From Octopus sinensis (taxonomy: Eukaryota), in the NCBI RefSeq assembly GCF_006345805.1, contig NC_042999.1, forward strand, positions 27,032,001 to 27,096,000: a stretch of 64,000 bases of DNA, read 5' to 3'. The translations under genes were made by a program, and so were the position numbers. Below the pieces are notes generated by a model. It was given only the letters and a program-made list of their open reading frames with translations. It did no database searches and was not told the origin of the DNA. Positions 56,895 to 64,000 of the stretch are shown here, in pieces (position 1 is the stretch's first letter; every line of letters begins with the position of its first letter).

Positions 56895-58138
56895 CAATAA
56901 GATGCACCAGAGCTCAAAAAGGTCGAGGCTTGATCGAACTAAAATGTCGTACAAAACCATCACATTTAGGCTGGCAAAATATCTTGAAACATCAAACAAC
57001 TGGATGCTAAATCTCGTTGAAAACCATTAAATACGTCAGATGTTTCATTCTGTTATGAAGGAGAGCAAAAAACGTTCAAGTGAGTTTATGCATAATACCC
57101 AGGCTGAACATCATGAGGGAAGTGAAGCAGCTGTAGTTGCAAAGACGCTGAAATCAATAGCAAATCAAAATGTGTTTGAACAATTAGCTGATAGGTAGGA
57201 ACACAAAACTCCGCATAGCAAATATGTGGCCCGTAGCAAACAAGCTGATGTAGACCAGAACCACACCTATGAGCACTACTGAGCTCAGAGTGAAAAGCAG
57301 AGAGTGAGATCTTTATCTTGGCTGCCAATCATTAGAGCTTATTGACACGGAACTTTCATACCAATGAGATGTAAAATGGTGTAGACCGAAACTGCCAATA
57401 CTGCAACGATAGGATAGAAACCGTGGACCACCTATTCTCTGGATGTAAGGTTTTAGCACCTGTAGAGTACGAATCAAGACGTGACAGAGTTGGCCAATAT
57501 CTACACGTGTCGGCATTATAAAATCAAAAATGTTGACGAATGTTACAGGCACCACCCTCAGGCTCAAACTAAGGGAGAAAATGTAACTATTCTTTGGGAC
57601 TTATCAGTTTGTACAGATTGGACCCTCAAGGCAAATAAACTAGATATTGTTGTGAAAAACTTGAGTATACCCTGTGACCATAATATCTCGGCAGAAGAAT
57701 AAACTCAGAAACTATAATGATTGAAATCAAAAACATGTGGCATCTCATGACGGTTACAATACCAGTGATTGCTGGATGGCTTGGGATGATGTAAAAAAGA
57801 CATGAAAATTCTTTAAAAATGTTCCCTGGCTTACCGTCCACGTGCAAAAGATTGTCGTAACTGGTACGTTACACATATTGAGAAGAGCATTGTTACTGAA
57901 TGTTCTTTCCTTTTTCTCCCTTTATATTATTTGCTTACTTTTCTATTGTTTTATTTTTTCCTTTTTTCTCTCTGACTTCCCCCTTTTCTCTATTATATGA
58001 CTCTGTAAATGAACAATCTGGTATTCTTGTTTTAATGGCCTACCAAAGTATACAGTCCGTTTCTCTGCTCCAGGTGTCAGGAAGAGACTCAATAAGAAAT
58101 TGAAACAGAATTAAAAAAAGATACTGATGAAAATGATG

Positions 58139-58175
<37 letters not shown>

Positions 58176-58207
58176 CAACAACAACAACAATAATAATAAT
58201 AATAATA

Positions 58208-58258
<51 letters not shown>

Positions 58259-58270
58259 GCAATAATAATA
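56895..58270 (+). mobile_element. 5'-truncated R4/Dong-clade non-LTR retrotransposon (RLE endonuclease end)
   Basis: Frameshifted KGRGLIEL; CCHC CQYCNDRIETVDHLFSGC; RD.VGQYLH; ENVTILWD..TD..ANKLDIVV; (AAT)n tail at 58138-58270. Confidence 0.85.
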
Positions 58271-58854
58271 ATAATGATAATAATAAATCTTACTCGATTC
58301 TTATTTTCAATGTTTTCATACTGTGATATCGAGATAGAATATTTACATTTGAGGCAACAGTAAATGTTAGGAATTTCAACCTGCAATACCAAAAACCCCA
58401 GCAGACTTCCAAAATTAGATTACGGTCTTGTTCATTTTTTTTTTCTTTTTTACTGAATACCGTCTACTTTCGCATTTTCATCGAACAAGTAACAGCAACA
58501 TATATATAATATTATATATATATATATATAAATGCTAGGGAAGAGAAGTTTGCAAAATACTTGATTATCCTGGATGTAACAGTTCCGTGCTATGTGTGTA
58601 AATGACATATTTATTAAAATTTCAAGACGGGAAATCGATGCGTTATTCCCATGCTGCTTTAACTATTATGTCGCTACTGCTAATGTTGATACTACTAGTT
58701 TCACTTTTGATTCCCCCCCTCCCATAACATTCAGGCATGTCTTGTAGCCTCATGATGTTGTGAATACTGATGATTAGAAGGTAATAGAGAATGTCAAATT
58801 GGTGATGATATTGTGATGACAATAATAAAAAATTAAAATAATAATAATAATTAT

Positions 58855-58911
58855 GCAAACACCACCAACAACAACAACAACGGCAATAATAATAATAATA
58901 ATAATAATAAT

Positions 58912-58946
<35 letters not shown>

Positions 58947-58969
58947 TAATAGTAATAATAATTACAATA

Positions 58970-59009
<40 letters not shown>

Positions 59010-59074
59010 TAGTAGTAGTAATAATAATAATAATAATGATAATAATGATGATGATGATAATAATAATAATAATG

Positions 59075-59113
<39 letters not shown>

Positions 59114-59150
59114 GTAATAATAACGTTGACAACAACAACAATAACAAAAC
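58855..59150. repeat. (AAT)n trinucleotide repeat
   Basis: Directly visible. Confidence 0.95.
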
Positions 59151-59659
59151 AATTATATTAAAATTGATAAAAGTAGTGATAATATACTTACAAATATAAA
59201 TCCTCTTCGGATTTTCCTAGTATTTTTTTTCCCTTTTATATACTTGTTGTAACTTTAATTCAAACACATCTTTGATAAATTTATCACGAACGCTGCATGA
59301 TTTACTTTGTCATATTATATCTTTAGGAACACATCATTAAAAGTTAGGCATATATGTTCAGGTAAATCTGTTAATGCCCAAAGCGTTCGACAAGGAATAA
59401 CGATTAAAAAAACTGAGCGGGGAAAAAAAAAATCAGAAACTTAAGCGAAGTAAGTAAAAAGAAAACACCTATGATAGCTAAAAAGAAAATTTCGTGCTGT
59501 TTAACATGAATGCTGCAATATTAGCAGCAATAGCAATATCGTTAAATGTGAGGAGAATAGGAAATCGTTTGTGATAACATAGAATCTACGTATCAAGTCC
59601 CATATCAAGTGTGTAGAAAGTGTTGATATGGAGTATTTAATTAGATACGCGTATATTTG

Positions 59660-59667
59660 TGTGTAGG

Positions 59668-59698
<31 letters not shown>

Positions 59699-60156
59699 CA
59701 CACACACACACATATATATATATCTATATATTATATATATTTATACATACATATATATATATATACAATATATATATATATAATATATATACATATATTA
59801 TATATATATGCATGTATATATACATATATACATATATATATACATATATCATAAGATATATATCTATGTTGGTATATATATATATATACATACATACATG
59901 TACATATATATATATACATATATATTACATATATCAAAGATATATATCTATGTTGGTATATATATATATATATATACATACATACATGTACATATATATG
60001 CGTGTATATATACATGTATATATACATATATATATGTATATATATATAAATGTATAAATGCATATATATATTATATTTATATATATATATATATATCTAT
60101 ATATATATATATATATATTGTGTGGTGTTGTGTGTGTGTTCTATATACATACATAC

Positions 60157-60215
<59 letters not shown>

Positions 60216-60265
60216 TATAATATATATATATATATTATATATATATTATATATATACATATATTT
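59660..60265. repeat. (CA)n/(TA)n with a short internal ~75-bp duplication
   Basis: AGATATATATCTATGTTGGTATATA occurs twice (~59855 and ~59938). Confidence 0.85.
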
Positions 60266-60775
60266 GTGATGTACGTACATATATATCTTGGGTATGTTCG
60301 ATGAATTCAGCAAAAATATTTAGATTCAGATGACTATTCTACTTAAGTTGTGGCACCAGAACTTAGTACGGTAATATCCATACAATTTCAAGATAAGGTG
60401 ATTAAAATCAAAATAAGCAACAAGGATATCCAGAGGTAATGCAGTATGATCATGTTACACAACTCCGTTTAATTGAACAATGCAACCATTACATCAATTT
60501 AAATGCGGAGCAGTCCTCAGCTGCTCAAAGACAGAGAATTTAATTCAATTAAAACAGATGGACACAGTATAATTTTTCTTAAAGTCTCCAAGAAGGTAAG
60601 GGGATAGAGAAAGAACATGCTGCCTTCTCTTCAGGTTACAAGTTACTAAGGTATCAGGAAGAAAGACTTGTTACAGATTTTGCTTATCACTGTTTTATAG
60701 GGTCAGTTTTAAATAATAGACTAGTTTTGACAAATCCTTGTATATCTAAAGTCGTGATAACAAGGGTTCGGGTTC

Positions 60776-60958
60776 GGGCTGAGGGAGTCGACAGAAATCA
60801 TAGTGGGTATAGGCCTAAAAAAAACAAGTTTTATTAGATTTGTCAGCTAATATCTTGATTTAAGTATTCCTTTACCATATCTCATGCTATTGCTTGTAAT
60901 AAATCTTGATATTTTCTATGACTATACCCACTATAATTTCTGTCGACTCCCTCAGCCC
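60776..60958. mobile_element. Small MITE-like element with 37-bp inverted repeats
   Basis: GGGCTGAGGGAGTCGACAGAAATCATAGTGGGTATAG (60776-60812) versus its reverse complement at 60922-60958, 1 mismatch. Confidence 0.7.
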
Positions 60959-60989
60959 TACCCGTAACAGACACTTGCCCTTGTTGTCC

Positions 60990-61220
60990 TGGCCTTTGAT
61001 ATACAAAGGTTTGATAAAGCAGTCGATCCAATCTACGTATCACAGGGAAATGTAGCGTGATACAAAATGCCCTTTCAATTACAGGTGAAGTCACGTGTAC
61101 CAGCTGAATGAGCTAGAACAATATGAAATAAAGTGTCTTGCTCAAGGATACAACGCACTGCAATGAAACGAAATAGAGCCTCACGATATTGAACCGAATA
61201 GCAAACCACTAATCCGCCTT
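60990..61220 (-). mobile_element. Degenerate CORE-type SINE fragment
   Basis: GTTGTATCCTTGAGCAAGACAC on the minus strand, as in 52270-52722. Confidence 0.6.
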
Positions 61221-61480
61221 CGAAACGTAGAGTAGATGAAACAGGGACAACTGAAGAAGGGGAATATTCTTTATGTTGTATGTCCCGTTTCTCTATTTGC
61301 TTTTTTCATTGTTCAAAAAATGTTCGTTTCAATGATTTTGATTTTATGTTTTCGTTTCGCATTGTGTTCAACGTTGTTTTGATGTCCTGTACCCATATAT
61401 GCATGCAATAATAACATATATATGTAGGTATGTACATAAATGTATGTATATATGCATTATTTATATATTATTATTATATA

Positions 61481-61533
<53 letters not shown>

Positions 61534-62396
61534 TACAGAGTGAGAGAGAGAGAGGGGGAGTTGAGATGAAGAGAGGAATATTTGTATAGATAGAAACATA
61601 CATGTTTATATGTTTACTTTTATTCATAGGTTTATGTTCTTAGGTATATATGTGTTTAATATTTATATGCATTAGAATGCAGCAAGATTGATGTATGACG
61701 TTGGAAATCAAATTATAAAGATTGTAGAGGATATTTAGCAGTGGTTTACTGAAGCATGCCATGCGTTAAGAAATAGCAATAGAATATGTAATGAAATAAC
61801 CAGTTCTAAGATTGCTACATAAAACCTATTTGTAATACGGAAGCTACTTTCGGGTATAGAAATAAGATTTTGTATCACAGCAACTAAAAATACTTCGAAT
61901 GACATAGATGAAATTCCTCTGAAGAATCTTGTGAGGGATAACGTTTATAGTTCTTCAGCGTGTCAGTTTTAGCGGAATGGAGGAACCTGTCATGCTGAAT
62001 AGAGTCTTTGATGGATATATTATGTAGTAATTGTGTGCGATACTGGATATTAAACCTGATCCTTTATGCCCTGCTTAACATACTATAAGAATTGATCCTA
62101 CGGTCAATAACAAGTCGACATCTTCACAAAAGCAATCGCTGAGCCTACATCACACTAACCTTCGAAGATAAACGTATATGATCGATACATTACGAATATT
62201 GGATAGGCTTGCTGATATTTTAGACAATATTTTACCACTGAACTGAGATCAGGTTCTGCTAAAACTTATTTCAGTGATTTTCTGCGGAAAATGATTATTA
62301 CAGTTTACACAGTCTAATTGCTTTACATGTAATTTGATTTGAGTTTCTCACTTAAAATAGAAACGTTTAAAGCGGGGAATAATCATGAATGAAAAG

Positions 62397-62440
<44 letters not shown>

Positions 62441-62563
62441 TATATTATATATATTATATATATATATGTATATATATTATATATATTATATATTATATAT
62501 ATATATATATATTATATTTATAGATATATATATATACATATATATATATACAAATATATATAT

Positions 62564-62612
<49 letters not shown>

Positions 62613-62902
62613 GTGAATTGAAGAAATGGAGTTGAACGAAGATTGAACAGAAATCGTTTTATTGCATTCTACACGTGTTTCTACACGTAGAATGCAATAA
62701 AACGATTTCTGTTCAATCTTCGTTCAACTCCATTTCTTCAATTCACTAATAATATTAAAATTCAATTATCCGCACCAACGCACGGTTGAAACACCATATG
62801 GTTGTACCTCCAACCGTGCTGTCTTCTGCTGTGATTTTTGCTACCAAGGTATCGGTTAAACTTTTGATTAATCTGCAACAAGATTATTCATCTTTCTATT
62901 TC

Positions 62903-62906
<4 letters not shown>
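62613..62906. mobile_element. Short Penelope-like fold-back insertion in (TA)n with half hammerhead
   Basis: 62613-62678 and 62683-62746 are ~65-bp inverted arms; the minus arm begins GAAA-CACGTG-TA|GAATGC; both outer ends abut (TA)n. Confidence 0.65.
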
Positions 62907-62937
<31 letters not shown>

Positions 62938-62941
<4 letters not shown>

Positions 62942-63121
62942 GAGTGGCTGTGTGGAGGCGCAGGAGTGGCTGTGTGGTAAGTAGCTTGCTTACCAACCAC
63001 ATAGTTCCGGGTTCAGTCCCACTGCGTGGCACCTTGGTTAAGTTTCTTCTACTATAGTATCGGGCCGACCAAAGCCTTGTGAATGGATTTGGTAGATGGA
63101 AACTGAAATAAGCTCGCTGTA

Positions 63122-63152
<31 letters not shown>

Positions 63153-63355
63153 GCGTGTGTGTGTTTGTGTGTCTGTGTTTGTCCCCCTAGCATTGCTTGA
63201 CAACCGAAGCTGGTGTGTTTATGTCCCCGTAAAATAGCGGTTCGGCAAAAGTGACCGATAGAATAAGTACTGGGCTTACAAAGGAATAAGTCCCGCGGTC
63301 GAGTTGCTGGCCGCAGTCAACTGACTGAACAAGTAAAAGAGTAAAAGAGTAAAGA
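62938..63355 (+). mobile_element. CORE-type tRNA SINE with small 3' deletion
   Basis: GGCGCAGGAGTGGCTGTGTGGTAAG head, internal (TA)/(TG), (TAAAAGAG)n tail. Confidence 0.9.
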
Positions 63356-63400
63356 GTATATACTTAGATATATATATAATACACACACATACATATACAA

Positions 63401-63483
<83 letters not shown>

Positions 63484-63540
63484 AAAAAATGAAGTTCGAA
63501 AATGCTGCTGTATTATACAATTTTTAATTTTTATATATAT

Positions 63541-64000
63541 ACATTATAACATGTTTCAGTTCTTGAAATGAACCTTATCAAAAAAAGTTATATATAAAAA
63601 AAGACAGCTCATGCCGTCAAACACAAGAAATTCATTTATAATACACAACGGAGTCAGACATCTTAGAGTTCATGTATAGTTGATATATAGTTCATGTATA
63701 GTTGATATATAGTTTGAAGTATATGTTCAAAGTGTTCGATGCAGTGGCCCACGGTGGCGATACGTATTCAATACAAAAAACAGAAAACAGATCAAAGTGG
63801 TGGAAAGTGGTCAATACAGAAGATTGATGTTTCCGAAAGAGCGAGGAATTCATTTTTACCTTAAGCAATTGTGATGACCCATAGTGGATGTTCGCTGGGT
63901 GGATCTAGTGGGTTTTGTGAAGTGCTCGGTTTTATAATGCCTGTTAGGTGGTCAATCCAGCGTAGCGTGACGTCATCAACGTTTTGACCAATCGTTTCGT
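63541..64000 (-). mobile_element. Possible Penelope-like element 3' terminal region
   Basis: Decayed hammerhead-like TTGATAA-GGTTC/GAACT-GAAA-CATG-TT at 63541-63582 next to the TA-rich flank; runs off the window end. Confidence 0.35.

Noticed and set aside
61244-61286. Hammerhead ribozyme (GGGACA-A-CTGAAGA..GTA-TGTCCC)
   Set aside because: Stem I and the first core half are present but GAAA and stem III are missing; at most a dead relic.
63541-63582. Functional hammerhead
   Set aside because: The core reads TTGATAA and stem I does not pair; kept only as a hint of a Penelope-like end.

Overview
AT-rich (roughly 30% GC by eye) eukaryotic non-coding DNA crowded with (TA)n, (CA)n, (GA)n, (TATC)n, (AAT)n and (CAT)n microsatellites and with transposons. 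The SINE types and microsatellite load suggest an octopod cephalopod (inference). No intact host gene is visible. Contents: two CR1/L2-group LINEs with CCCH zinc-finger ORF1s (14.2-18.4 kb, apparently only two frameshifts; 40.1-43.8 kb, broken), a decayed RTE, an R4/Dong fragment, two mariner relics, two Helitrons, MITE-like elements and many tRNA-derived SINEs. The main unexplained signal is four unrelated (TA)n-flanked fold-back insertions (1.1, 13.0-13.9, 45.9-50.9 and 62.6 kb). Each carries all or part of a type I hammerhead-ribozyme fold with a palindromic stem III. Two of them are built from non-coding 473 bp and ~490 bp monomers, consistent with retrozyme-like circular RNAs mobilised by Penelope-like elements; the ~490 bp family has a fixed U4C core variant. 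There is also a probable decayed intronless Cys-loop (chemotactile-receptor-like) pseudogene near 30.1-30.8 kb. The assembly is noisy (100-N gap with an unmerged overlap, indel-rich repeat copies), so frameshifts and copy numbers need read-level checks. All folds and alignments were done by eye.
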